Assembly: GCA_018816735.1 (NCBI GenBank)
Contig: JAHIVH010000129.1
Span: forward strand, 138,628-202,627
From: Pseudomonadota bacterium
GTDB lineage: Bacteria > Desulfobacterota > Desulfobacteria > Desulfobacterales > JAHIVH01
Direction of reading: 5' to 3'
Length of the DNA stretch: 64,000 nt
Shown: piece by piece, positions 18,425-28,412 of the stretch
Position numbering within the stretch: position 1 is the first letter of the stretch
Layout of the letters: each line of letters begins with the position of its first letter
The notes under the pieces: model-generated
Told to the model about the DNA's origin: nothing
Databases searched by the model: none
Seen by the model: the letters and a program-made list of their open reading frames with translations, nothing else
Translations under genes and position numbers: made by a program

Positions 18425-19316
18425 TGCCAAAAAGCGGCCGGAACACCTGATAGAATGAATCCTCCTCGGGGACGGCACCTCTGATTTTACATATTTCTTT
18501 GGCAAAATCCGTGGCCACGGACATGATTTTATCCGGCTTCCATTTTTTAAGGTATCCAACGGCCAGAACTGCGGAAAAACCATCTCCCGCACCCACGGTA
18601 TCCGCGATTTCAAAATTGGAGTCAAAACACAAGACTGTGTAGTGCTTTCCGTTTTTTATAATTTCACTGCCATCTGCACCCTTGGTCACAGCCACCATTT
18701 CAATATCATATGTTTTCATCATGTTTTTGATGAATGCGTCGTTCTTCCCGGTGAATCCGTTCATTTCCTTGATGATATTGAGTTCATCAAGATTCAGTTT
18801 CAATATATCCGCATGCGTGAGGCAGGAAGAAACAAGTGTTTTGTCAAAGCATCCTTTTCTCAGATTGATATCGCACATGCATTTGGTCTGTTTGTCTTTT
18901 TTCCTGATAAAGTCTGAGAAAAGAGAAGATGCTTTTTTCGTACGTTGAAAAACAGACCCAAAATAGACGAGATCGACCGGCACCTTTCCGGCCAGTAAAA
19001 GTGTTTTGGAGAGTTTGATGTGATCAAAGGCGGCATCCGGGAGAATTTCAAAATCCGGTACACCTTTTTCATCAAGGTTGACAATTACGCTGCCGGTTTT
19101 ATAATTCGGATCGATCTGGACGTCCGAAGGATAAAATCCTTCCTGCTTTAGATAGGATATGATGTCTTCGCCATCCGGGTCGAATCCCACTCTTGAAATA
19201 AACCGGACAGGGAATCCCAGCTTTTTCAAATGAAATGCAAAATTAAAAGGAGCCCCGCCCATGCGTTTGTGAGTGGGAAACATGTCGAAAAGGATTTCGC
19301 CGATGGAAACAATCAT
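18402..19316 (-). CDS. PfkB-family sugar kinase (fructokinase-like)
   Basis: Motifs GGAPFNFAFHLKKLG and DTVGAGDGFSAVLAVG. Its stop overlaps the SPS start region. Confidence 0.8.
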   Translation of the reverse strand: MIVSIGEILFDMFPTHKRMGGAPFNFAFHLKKLGFPVRFISRVGFDPDGEDIISYLKQEGFYPSDVQIDPNYKTGSVIVNLDEKGVPDFEILPDAAFDHIKLSKTLLLAGKVPVDLVYFGSVFQRTKKASSLFSDFIRKKDKQTKCMCDINLRKGCFDKTLVSSCLTHADILKLNLDELNIIKEMNGFTGKNDAFIKNMMKTYDIEMVAVTKGADGSEIIKNGKHYTVLCFDSNFEIADTVGAGDGFSAVLAVGYLKKWKPDKIMSVATDFAKEICKIRGAVPEEDSFYQVFRPLFGNGEKPDD

Positions 19317-19352
19317 ATGGTGTCTTTCAAAAAAACGTGAATATTGTCCGGT

Positions 19353-20486
19353 TTATGTTTTGATCTGTATTATTTTTCGTCCCGGTTGATTCGGAAAACC
19401 TTCAAGAGACGACATGGTTTTCCTGTCTCGTTTAAATACAGGATCACTCTGGATATAAAGGAGAATCAGGTTGGCTGTGGCGATGAGAGACGAAATGTGT
19501 GTCCGTTCATAACCATGTGAGCCGTCCACACCAAATCCCACAAGCGCTGTTCGTGTGTCATTTCCTGCTTCTATGGCAGATGCTGAATCCGAACGATAAA
19601 ACCTGAAGATGTCCTTTCTGTAATCGATTTTATATTTTTTACATAAATCTACAAGTTTGCGGTTTAAATGATAATCATAGGGCCCGGTCTGGTCCATCAT
19701 GCCTATGGTTACGCTGAATTCAGTGGAATTCTGGCCGGGTGCTACAGGCGCATGATCCAGAACGATCATTTCATTTACATCTTCATATAACACAGATGAC
19801 GCACCAGATCCAACCTCTTCGAATATAGTGAATAAAAAATGACAGTCAACAGGTATTTCAATTTCATGTTGCCTGATCGCTTTGATAATGGAAAGGAGAA
19901 TGGCTACACCGGCCTTGTCGTCCAGATGCCTTGCGTTGATAAACACGTTATCTGTAATTTCAGGCATCGTGTCAAAGGAAATAAAATCCCCGATATCAAA
20001 TCCTTTTTTTAACAAATGGGTTTTATTCGGACATATTTCATCAACCCTGATTTCCAGGGATTTCCAGCTTGTTTCCTGGGTATCGATTTCTGAATCAAAC
20101 ACATGGCCCGAGGCCTTTAGCGGCAAAACTGTTCCCCTGTACGGTGACTTCTCCGTGAAGATGGTCACCCTGGACCCTTCGGCAAATCGGCTGGACCATG
20201 TTCCGATAGGTACAATGGCCAGGCGACCGTTTTCCTTTAACTCAGATACCATGGCGCCAATGGTGTCCAGGTGCACGGTAATGGCCCTGTCAAATGCGTT
20301 TGTGACCCCTTTGAGGCTTGCCCGGATGGCACCTCTCCGGGTGACGTTAAAATCAATTTTCAATTTTTTAAGTTCTTTGCCCACATAGTGGACGATCTGA
20401 TCGGAATATCCCGATGGACTGTGAATGTTCAGGAGGGATAGGAGTATGCTTGTGAGATAGTCATTGTCAATTTTTGCGTTTTCCAT
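19353..20486 (-). CDS. M42-family peptidase of the NAGGN osmoprotectant system
   Basis: M42 glutamyl-aminopeptidase-like length and motifs (HLDTIGAMV, ARHLDDKAGVA, FTIFEEVGSGA). It follows asnO-ngg, the known three-gene arrangement. Confidence 0.8.
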   Translation of the reverse strand: MENAKIDNDYLTSILLSLLNIHSPSGYSDQIVHYVGKELKKLKIDFNVTRRGAIRASLKGVTNAFDRAITVHLDTIGAMVSELKENGRLAIVPIGTWSSRFAEGSRVTIFTEKSPYRGTVLPLKASGHVFDSEIDTQETSWKSLEIRVDEICPNKTHLLKKGFDIGDFISFDTMPEITDNVFINARHLDDKAGVAILLSIIKAIRQHEIEIPVDCHFLFTIFEEVGSGASSVLYEDVNEMIVLDHAPVAPGQNSTEFSVTIGMMDQTGPYDYHLNRKLVDLCKKYKIDYRKDIFRFYRSDSASAIEAGNDTRTALVGFGVDGSHGYERTHISSLIATANLILLYIQSDPVFKRDRKTMSSLEGFPNQPGRKIIQIKT

Positions 20487-20546
20487 GAGCCTCCCAATTT
20501 TTTTTGAGATCGATTTATCTGGTTAAATATATTTGGTGTCGGTTTG

Positions 20547-22346
20547 TTATTTGCGAATCGTGTGAGGGAATAAAAGATCGACAAATTTTTCAGCAGTAGG
20601 CTGCGGCTCATGATTTGCCAACCCCGGTCTTTCATTTGCCTCAATAATCACATAATGATCTTTTGTCATATCCGGAACGCAAAAATCGAGTCCCGTCACC
20701 GGGATATTCAGTAAGGTGGCCGCTTTTTCTGCAGCTTTGACCAGTTCTTTATTCAAATTTCCTGTCACATCATGGATCGTGCCACCTGTATGTAAATTGG
20801 CGGTTTTTCTGACCGGTAATTTTTTACCAGAAGGAAGCACACTATTTAAATTGTATCCTTGAGAAGCGATGCACCGTTTGGTTTCATCATCAAAAGGAAC
20901 CTTGCTTTCACCGGCTGTGGCTGCCATGCGTCTCCTATTGTACTTTTCCAAAAGTTTTTTGACCGTATGTGTTCCTGTTCCAACGATTTCAGGCGGTTTT
21001 CTTATGGCTGCTGCAACGACTTTGTAATCAATGACAATCACCCTTAAATCAAGGCCTTCCACATATTCCTCGATAATCACGTCGTTGCAGAAGTGTTTTG
21101 CCAGTGATATTGCGTGTTTAAGATCTTTTTCTTTTTTTATGTCCACACTGATGCCATTTCCCTGTTCTCCCCTTGCAGGTTTGACCACAACCCGTCCTAA
21201 CCGTTCAAGGGCCTCTAAATTGACATTGAAATCTGTATCTGAGGCCATGAGTTGTCGGGGAACGCTTAATTCCCCTTTTTTGAGTACACTATTTGTTATC
21301 CGTTTGTCATCGCACCTTGACATGGCCACAGCTGATGTTAATTCAGACAATGATTCCCGACAGATGATGGACCTGCCGCCATGATCCAGCTTGAAATAGC
21401 CATTTTCTTCATCGATAATGTCAATACTGATCCCTCTTTTCCTTGCTTCCTCGATAATAATTCCGGCATATGGGTTCATGTTGTCTTCAGGCAGCTGGGT
21501 CACAAAAAGGGGTTCATTGATCGGATTTTTCCGTTTGATCGCGTACACCGGAATTCGTTGAAATCCCAGCTTTTCATAGAGTTTCATGGCTTCATCATTG
21601 TCGTGCATGACCGATAAATCCACATAACTCCGGCTTTTGGTGAAATAATGTTCCACCAGATGACGGACCAGTGCTTCACCCATTCCCGGCAATTCCCCTT
21701 GTGCGTCCACGGCAAGGCACCAGAGGCTTGCCCCATTTTCTGGATCATTAAAGGCTTCCACATGATCAATACCTGTAACTGTTCCGGTGATCCGGCCTTC
21801 ATATTGGGTTTCACATGTCAGATAGGTTTTGAGCTTTGTCGCTTTTTCATCCAGGAGGAATTCCGGTGCACACTGCATCATATGTCTTTGGGCGTAGATC
21901 CGGTTGATTTCATTTGCGTCTTTTAATGAATTGATCCGCCGGATTGTGTAACCGCCTGTGGAAGGTCGGTTAACCTGCTTGTAGTCGTGCTGCCAGAGGC
22001 GATAGGTGTGCGAAGGGTCAAGAAAAATATTATCCGGTCTCATGGACAGGAGTACATGAACATCTCTGATATAAATGGCGATATCCCGTTTCTGGTTTTC
22101 CTCTTCTAAAATTGTTGAAAGAAGCGTTTGATTTGTTTGAAATGTATGACCAAAAATGATTCTTCCCCATCCCATGTCCACTGTGGCGTCCGGTTTTATT
22201 TGGCTGAATTCCGCCTTTGGAAGGGGCCGCCAGTTCCTTAAGGTTGGACTTCTGATCAGATTTCTCGTATTTTTGAGACGCATTGTTTTTTTCATAACGG
22301 GTTTACCTCTTTTGGGGGATTGAATCGGTCTATGGTGCGTTTGCAT
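20547..22346 (-). CDS. ngg: N-acetylglutaminylglutamine synthetase (GNAT acetyltransferase + ATP-grasp ligase)
   Basis: GNAT region (LWCLAVDAQGELPGMGEALVRHLVEHY...KLYEKLGFQR) followed by an ATP-grasp region (VVKPARGEQGNGISV, NLHTGGT, IIEANERPGL). Position between asnO and the M42 peptidase. The true start may be the internal MKKTMRL. Confidence 0.8.
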   Translation of the reverse strand: MQTHHRPIQSPKRGKPVMKKTMRLKNTRNLIRSPTLRNWRPLPKAEFSQIKPDATVDMGWGRIIFGHTFQTNQTLLSTILEEENQKRDIAIYIRDVHVLLSMRPDNIFLDPSHTYRLWQHDYKQVNRPSTGGYTIRRINSLKDANEINRIYAQRHMMQCAPEFLLDEKATKLKTYLTCETQYEGRITGTVTGIDHVEAFNDPENGASLWCLAVDAQGELPGMGEALVRHLVEHYFTKSRSYVDLSVMHDNDEAMKLYEKLGFQRIPVYAIKRKNPINEPLFVTQLPEDNMNPYAGIIIEEARKRGISIDIIDEENGYFKLDHGGRSIICRESLSELTSAVAMSRCDDKRITNSVLKKGELSVPRQLMASDTDFNVNLEALERLGRVVVKPARGEQGNGISVDIKKEKDLKHAISLAKHFCNDVIIEEYVEGLDLRVIVIDYKVVAAAIRKPPEIVGTGTHTVKKLLEKYNRRRMAATAGESKVPFDDETKRCIASQGYNLNSVLPSGKKLPVRKTANLHTGGTIHDVTGNLNKELVKAAEKAATLLNIPVTGLDFCVPDMTKDHYVIIEANERPGLANHEPQPTAEKFVDLLFPHTIRK

Positions 22347-22370
22347 GACGTTTTCTCATATGAAAAAAAA

Positions 22371-24158
22371 TCAGGAAATGGCGTTGACCGACAGCCAGTA
22401 TTCAAGAACGGCCATCTGCCATAACCGGGCGCCTCTGAGAGGCGTGATATGGTCATCGGGATTTTTGATGACCGCTTCAACATACTTGGGAGAAAAAAGG
22501 CCTCTTTTCTTGACTGTGTCATCTGTGAGGATTTCCTTTACAAAATCAAAATAGCGGCCTCTGAAATACTTCAGCACAGGTACGGGAAAATACCCTTTGG
22601 GTCGGTCTATCACCGCTTCCGGGATAACATGCCTTGCAATTTCCTTTAAAATATATTTGCCGCCATGAGAAACCTTGTATTCTGAAGGAATTCGGGCTGC
22701 CAGTTCAACGAGTTCGTGATCCAGAAAAGGTACTCTGGCCTCCAACCCCCATGCCATGGTCATATTATCCACGCGTTTTACAGGATCATCCACGAGCATG
22801 ATCCGGGTATCCATATCAAGCACTTTATCGATAGGTCTTTTGGGTGCGCCCGGTTGGTTGAAATAATCGGAAACAAAGGCGGCACTGAAATCCTGATCCA
22901 GATAGTCAGGCGTTATGGTCTTTTTGTACGCATCAAACGTGCAGTCAAAAAAGTATTTCTGATAATCCGCAAAAACATTTTCGCTGACCATCATCGGGGG
23001 ATGCCAGTGATACCCGCCAAATACTTCATCTGCGCCCTGGCCGCTCTGAACCACCTTTACCACTTTTGAAACCGATTGACTCAAGAGATAAAAACCGATG
23101 CAATCATGACTGGACATCGGTTCGCTCATAGCCCGGATGCAGGCGTCCATGTTGGAGAGAAGAAGTGTCGATCCGATATTGATTTTATGATGAACTGTGT
23201 CAAAGTGTTCGGCAATGAGATCGGAATACCGGAATTCATTGCCGTTTTCATCGTCCACGCTCTCAAACCCAATGGAAAATGTATTCAGCTTTTCGCTGTC
23301 TATGCCCGCATCCTTTAGCAGACCCACAATGAGACTGCTGTCCAGGCCGCCCGATAAGAGCACGCCAACCGGTACATCGGCCGTGAGCCTTTTTTGTATG
23401 GATTCCTTTAGGGCATGTTTCAGACAATATGCCCAGTCTTCAAATGAATAGGTCTGTTCTTCCGGGTGCTTTTTAAAATCAAGATCCCAGAATTTTGACA
23501 GTTCATATGATCCATCCGGGTTGATAGTCAATGTATGGGCTGGCGGGAGTTTCCGCACCGATTTGAGAATCGTGAACGGCGAAGGGATGACAGAATGAAA
23601 TGTCAGATAATAGTGGAGGGAAACCGGATCAATGTCATGGCTGATATCGTTTCCGGAAAGAAGTGAAGGCAGAGAAGATGAAAAACGAAAGTTTCGGGCT
23701 GTTTTAACGTAGTATAGGGGTTTGATACCCAGTCTGTCTCTTCCGATCACCACTCTTTTCGTATCCCGTTCCAGAATCGCAAAGGCAAACATGCCGTTAA
23801 ACCGCCTCACACAATCTTTGCCCCAGGCATGATAGGCTTTTAATATGACCTCAGTATCCCCTTTTGAAAAAAAAGTGTATCCCATGCCTGAGAGTTCATC
23901 CCGAAGTTCTTTGTAATTGTACACAGCACCATTATACACGATGGTTAACCCCAGATGGGCGTCTGTCATCGGCTGCTCGGCACAGTCCGAGAGATCGATG
24001 ATTTTTAGCCTTCTATGGCCCAAGGCAACATTGTCCTGGATTTTCATGCCGGATGCATCCGGGCCTCTTGAGGCCATTTTATCGACCATTTGTTGAAGGG
24101 ATGGGAGAGAAAGAGAATCGGTTCCGTTAAATGAAATTTCTCCACAAATACCGCACAT
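22371..24158 (-). CDS. asnO: Asparagine-synthase-like glutamine amidotransferase (NAGGN amidotransferase)
   Basis: N-terminal MCGI nucleophile Cys. Asn-synthase PP-loop SGGLDSS. First gene of the asnO-ngg-peptidase set. Confidence 0.85.
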   Translation of the reverse strand: MCGICGEISFNGTDSLSLPSLQQMVDKMASRGPDASGMKIQDNVALGHRRLKIIDLSDCAEQPMTDAHLGLTIVYNGAVYNYKELRDELSGMGYTFFSKGDTEVILKAYHAWGKDCVRRFNGMFAFAILERDTKRVVIGRDRLGIKPLYYVKTARNFRFSSSLPSLLSGNDISHDIDPVSLHYYLTFHSVIPSPFTILKSVRKLPPAHTLTINPDGSYELSKFWDLDFKKHPEEQTYSFEDWAYCLKHALKESIQKRLTADVPVGVLLSGGLDSSLIVGLLKDAGIDSEKLNTFSIGFESVDDENGNEFRYSDLIAEHFDTVHHKINIGSTLLLSNMDACIRAMSEPMSSHDCIGFYLLSQSVSKVVKVVQSGQGADEVFGGYHWHPPMMVSENVFADYQKYFFDCTFDAYKKTITPDYLDQDFSAAFVSDYFNQPGAPKRPIDKVLDMDTRIMLVDDPVKRVDNMTMAWGLEARVPFLDHELVELAARIPSEYKVSHGGKYILKEIARHVIPEAVIDRPKGYFPVPVLKYFRGRYFDFVKEILTDDTVKKRGLFSPKYVEAVIKNPDDHITPLRGARLWQMAVLEYWLSVNAIS

Positions 24159-24344
24159 ATAAAAATAGTCCTCCTTATGTTTTATTTTAAATGATATCCA
24201 AACCTGTCATGAATGCGAATATCCAATCAATTTACAAAAAGAATGATAAATGTTATATACGCAGTATTATGTATATTGGCCTGTATGATAGGGTATATCG
24301 TCCGCATGCTTTTATGAGTTACAGATTAGGAACAGAGAGCAGCC

Positions 24345-25001
24345 ATGAATAAAACATATCGCGTGGTGATTGCCGAAGACCAGACGATTGTCAGGAAAGG
24401 TCTTCGGTCGCTACTGGATGCCGATGAGATGATTGAGGTTGTGGGAGAGGCCGAAGATGGACTCGAGGCGATTCGGATCGTGGGAAAAGCGAAGCCGGAT
24501 CTTGTGCTTATTGACCTTGCCATGCCCCGGATGAACGGGATCGCCGCGATGAACGAAATTGTAAGGCTTTATCCGAAAACAAGGATACTGGCGCTTACCG
24601 TCCACGATTCAGAGGAGTACATCCTTGCGGTGTTCAAGGCCGGTGCAGATGGGTATTGCCTGAAAAGTGACAGCCACACAGATCTTTTCGCTGCCATGAA
24701 GAGTATTTTTAACGGAAAAAAATATTTGAGCCCATCCATATCGGATAAAGTCGTTAAAGGGTATCTGGACGGCAGGAAAATTATCGCCGAAGAAACCGAA
24801 TGGTCGCCGCTTACCCCGCGTGAACGGGACGTGTTGCAGCTGATTGCGGAAGGGTATAAAAGCAAAGAGATCGGTGATCTGTTATGCATCAGCCCCAAAA
24901 CGGTGGACAAACATCGATCCAACATGATGAGAAAACTCGACCTCCATAGTGCACCGGAATTGACGGCCTATGCCTTAAGACGGGGGATCGTTGCCAGATA
25001 A
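24345..25001 (+). CDS. NarL/LuxR-family response regulator
   Basis: Receiver domain (VVIAEDQ, LVLIDLAMPRMNG) plus LuxR HTH (LTPRERDVLQLIAEGYKSKEIGDLLCISPKTVDKHRSNMMRKL). Confidence 0.9.
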   Translation: MNKTYRVVIAEDQTIVRKGLRSLLDADEMIEVVGEAEDGLEAIRIVGKAKPDLVLIDLAMPRMNGIAAMNEIVRLYPKTRILALTVHDSEEYILAVFKAGADGYCLKSDSHTDLFAAMKSIFNGKKYLSPSISDKVVKGYLDGRKIIAEETEWSPLTPRERDVLQLIAEGYKSKEIGDLLCISPKTVDKHRSNMMRKLDLHSAPELTAYALRRGIVAR

Positions 25002-25005
25002 CCCC

Positions 25006-26184
25006 CTATGCTATCGGCCATGACGCCTCAATGGCCGTGCCTTTTCCCGGTTTTGTAATTAACCGGAAGCGGCCGTTGAAGAGTTCTGTCCGCTCCATCA
25101 TGCTTGAAATCCCCATGCCTGTTGCCGGATGTTTGAATGAACGGATATCTGCCTCAAAGCCAATACCATTATCGACGATGCCAAGTTCGATATGGGATTT
25201 CTTTTTTTTCAGATAAATTTTGACAGATGTGGCCTGACTGTGCCTGCATGCATTGGTTATCGCTTCCTGAGCCACTCTGAATATCAGGATTTTGATCGAT
25301 TCAGGGATGAGGGTTTCATCTACGTTTAGAATCGATGAAAACGTGATATGCGAATAGAGCATTTGAAATTCTCTTGATATATCCCTGATGGCCGCCAAAA
25401 TACCCAGATCGTCCAGAACGGACGGCCTCAAGTGTCTTGAAATCCGCTGGGTTTCATCAATGGTTACCTTGACCAGGTGAATGAGGTTTTCAAGCGCTAC
25501 GCTCCGTTTTTTGTCGGGTGGTCTTAAGGAAGTGACCATTTCTTCAAGGCCGTATTTGATGCCGGTCAATTTGCCGCACAAGCTGTCATGGATTTCCTGG
25601 GAGATGCGTTTTCTTTCATTTTCCTGGGCATCGATCAACCTGGCGGAAAGCACACGAAGTCTGTTTTCCGCTGTTTTCCTCCGGGTGATATCCGTGACTG
25701 AAATAAGGAGGCCGTTTTTTTCTCCTTCACTGTTGCAGATGAGGGAACTGGATATCAATCCCCAGAAATAGCTGCCATCCTTGCATTTAAAGGGGAGTTC
25801 AATGTTGTGAAGAATAGATGGCCTGGTTTTAAAATCATCAAATATTTTCCGGTATTCATTCATAATATCAGACGGCCAGTAGATAAATGGCCATGTGGTT
25901 TCAAGAAGTTCATCTTTTTTCCATCCGGTCATTCGCGAAAAAACGTCATTTACATAGATCTGTTTCCCATCCAGATCAAAACCGATGATACCGCAGGGAA
26001 TGGCTTCCTCGATCGATTTCCGGAAAACATGCTCAACTGCCAATGCCTGGGATATGATATTTTGGTCGTTGATTTCTTCTTCGAAGATTTCAAGTGCAAT
26101 TTCAGGCACTGCTTTTTTTTTACCTTTTGAATTTCTAAGCGTTTTCTTTAATGCGCGGACGGATTTTTCTTTGTTTTCATGCAT
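25006..26184 (-). CDS. PAS-domain sensor histidine kinase (HisKA_3/NarX-type)
   Basis: PAS region (GIIGFDLDGKQIYVNDVFSRMTGW), H-box QEIHDSLCGKL, ATPase boxes TNACRHS and DNGIGF. Convergent with the adjacent response regulator. Confidence 0.85.
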   Translation of the reverse strand: MHENKEKSVRALKKTLRNSKGKKKAVPEIALEIFEEEINDQNIISQALAVEHVFRKSIEEAIPCGIIGFDLDGKQIYVNDVFSRMTGWKKDELLETTWPFIYWPSDIMNEYRKIFDDFKTRPSILHNIELPFKCKDGSYFWGLISSSLICNSEGEKNGLLISVTDITRRKTAENRLRVLSARLIDAQENERKRISQEIHDSLCGKLTGIKYGLEEMVTSLRPPDKKRSVALENLIHLVKVTIDETQRISRHLRPSVLDDLGILAAIRDISREFQMLYSHITFSSILNVDETLIPESIKILIFRVAQEAITNACRHSQATSVKIYLKKKKSHIELGIVDNGIGFEADIRSFKHPATGMGISSMMERTELFNGRFRLITKPGKGTAIEASWPIA

Positions 26185-26242
26185 GGGCTGTTTTATCTGT
26201 TCAATTCATTCCCGAATCATGTCCGATTCAGATTTCACATTT

Positions 26243-27025
26243 TTAATGAGCCGCAAGAAAATCCCTGACGATTCGGTTGTAGACATCCGGTTTTTCCATA
26301 TTGACGATATGGCCTGTGTCCGGGATTTCAACCAATTTGCCTTTGGGAATTCTTTGTGTGTAATCCTTTTTATGGCCAAGCGGCGAATAGTCGTTTTCCG
26401 AATGGACCACAAGGACAGGGCAGTTGATCAGGGAAAGGCGATCCATGACCGTCCAGTTTTTAAGGGCAGCCAGTGATGCCAGATACGGTTTTTTTTCATT
26501 TTCAGCCCACCGGTCCTCGAGAAGCGTCCTCAGGGCCTTCTGATCGGGCTTTTTAAATACATTTGACGCAATGACTCTGCCCATTTTTCTCATGCCAAAG
26601 AGTTTTACGGTGAGCACACGGGCGTAATACATTTTTTTCTGGGCAAATGTTTGAACCGGCATGGCGGCGCTCATGTTTGTAATCACTGCGGTCCTGACCA
26701 TGCCCGGGTAATCGATTGAAAGATGAAAGGCCGTTGCCGCACCCATGGAAAGGCCAATCACATGAACCGGTTTGTCACATCTTTTTTGAATCAGCTCGGC
26801 CACATCATCGGCAAACATGGAAATAGAATACGGCCCTTTTGGCTTTCCGGTCCGGCCGTGTCCCCTCAGGTCAGTCGTTATCACCTGATAATTTTTCCTG
26901 AATTCAGCCACCTGGTCTTCCCAGTCTCTCGTACTGGAGCCAAGGCCGTGAATGAACAGAACCGGGTCACCTTCTCCGGCGATTTCATAATAGGATGAAA
27001 TGCCATGAATGGTCATGAACGGCAT
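26243..27025 (-). CDS. Alpha/beta-fold hydrolase
   Basis: HGLGSS oxyanion region, nucleophile elbow GLSMGA, C-terminal DTGH. Confidence 0.8.
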   Translation of the reverse strand: MPFMTIHGISSYYEIAGEGDPVLFIHGLGSSTRDWEDQVAEFRKNYQVITTDLRGHGRTGKPKGPYSISMFADDVAELIQKRCDKPVHVIGLSMGAATAFHLSIDYPGMVRTAVITNMSAAMPVQTFAQKKMYYARVLTVKLFGMRKMGRVIASNVFKKPDQKALRTLLEDRWAENEKKPYLASLAALKNWTVMDRLSLINCPVLVVHSENDYSPLGHKKDYTQRIPKGKLVEIPDTGHIVNMEKPDVYNRIVRDFLAAH

Positions 27026-27190
27026 CGCGTGATTCCTTTTTTTAAAAGGTGAAAATCATCAAACATCTCATTTTAGAAAAAGCCGTACGGAATTTCAATT
27101 TAAAAATCAAAAAAGAACGTACACCAAAATAGAATTCTCTGATATAGATTGGGGCAGACGTTTGGCGCTTAAAATCATTTTAATGACCTG

Positions 27191-28258
27191 ATGAGGACCT
27201 TCATGAGAGTGACATGCCGGAAATGTAAAAAAATCTACGACATTCCTGACAGCAGGCTTCCTAAAGGCAAAAAAATCGCTTTCCCTTGCAAGGAGTGCGA
27301 AACCCTGGTTGAGGTCGATCTGCGGCCTTATCTGGAGCGATATGGGGATGCTGCAGAAAATAATCAAACAGACACGATGGGGGAAACAGTGGCCGGGCCA
27401 GTTGAAAAAGAAAAAAAGAAACTGGCCGGTGATTCTCTGAAGAAGGTCATTTTGAGTAAAATCAATAAACTGCCTGCCATGTCCGAGGTGGTTGTCAAAT
27501 CCATGAAAATTATCAAACAACCGGATGCCAGCTTTAAAGAGATCAGTGAAGTCCTTGAAACCGATCAGGCGATTACTATCGGTGTGTTGAAGGTGGCCAA
27601 TTCAGCCTATTATGGTCAGATGGGGAACATCGCATCTGTTCATAATGCCGCCATTGTGCTGGGTTTGCAGACGCTTGTTGAGTTGATTTCAATTGTGGGG
27701 GCATCAAAGCTTTTGAAAACGAATCTGAAAGGGTATGGTCTGAAGGCGGACTACATATGGAAACACTCCCTGGCAACGGCTTTTGCCGCAAAAATTCTCT
27801 CTAAGCGAAAAGACGACATTGATGAGCATGATGCATTTACTGCCGGATTGATTCACGATGTGGGTAAGATGGTTCTGGACCGCTATGTGGATGAAAGAAA
27901 AGAAGAATTCGATGACTATTTTTCTACCCATCAAAGAATGATGTATCATGCTGAAAAACGGTTCCTGGGGTTTGACCATGCGGAGATTGCCTCAGATTTG
28001 TTGCGGGTATGGAATATCCCTCAGGACATCCGGGATGGGGCCAAGTTCCATCATGAACCGTCAAAACTTAAAAAAGGTATGGCCTACATTGTTCACGTTG
28101 CCGATTTGATTGCCAAAAGAACCAATGTCGAACCGAAAAATGAAAATGCTATCATGGAAACAGACCGAATGGCCTTCACGTTCCTGGATCTGGATGAATC
28201 GGATATTGCCTATATCATCGAAGACGTCGAAAATGCGGTGGCAAATATTATGGCATAA
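27191..28258 (+). CDS. HDOD-domain signalling protein with an N-terminal zinc-ribbon
   Basis: CRKCKKIYDIP...CKECETLV (two CxxC pairs), then an HDOD-like core (LPAMSEVVVKSMKII, GLIHDVGKMVL, HHEP). Confidence 0.8.
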   Translation: MRTFMRVTCRKCKKIYDIPDSRLPKGKKIAFPCKECETLVEVDLRPYLERYGDAAENNQTDTMGETVAGPVEKEKKKLAGDSLKKVILSKINKLPAMSEVVVKSMKIIKQPDASFKEISEVLETDQAITIGVLKVANSAYYGQMGNIASVHNAAIVLGLQTLVELISIVGASKLLKTNLKGYGLKADYIWKHSLATAFAAKILSKRKDDIDEHDAFTAGLIHDVGKMVLDRYVDERKEEFDDYFSTHQRMMYHAEKRFLGFDHAEIASDLLRVWNIPQDIRDGAKFHHEPSKLKKGMAYIVHVADLIAKRTNVEPKNENAIMETDRMAFTFLDLDESDIAYIIEDVENAVANIMA

Positions 28259-28412
28259 TGATTTGCGTGATTATCGGCTTGGTATGTGCCCAAACCATTC
28301 AGAAAAGATAAAAACCTTCTCCTTTCAAACTATCCAGTTCCAAATAAAATTTAAAAAATCAGAAAAAGTGAATTCTTCCATAATGTGAATTCATTTGCCC
28401 AGGATTATATAA

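Noticed and set aside
18425-18625. N-terminal extension of the sucrose-phosphate synthase ORF.
   Set aside because: It would overlap the upstream fructokinase gene by more than 200 nt in another frame. The translation is Arg/Pro/Ser/Trp-rich and unlike SPS, and the conserved SPS sequence starts at MTRPLYIQMFSIHG.
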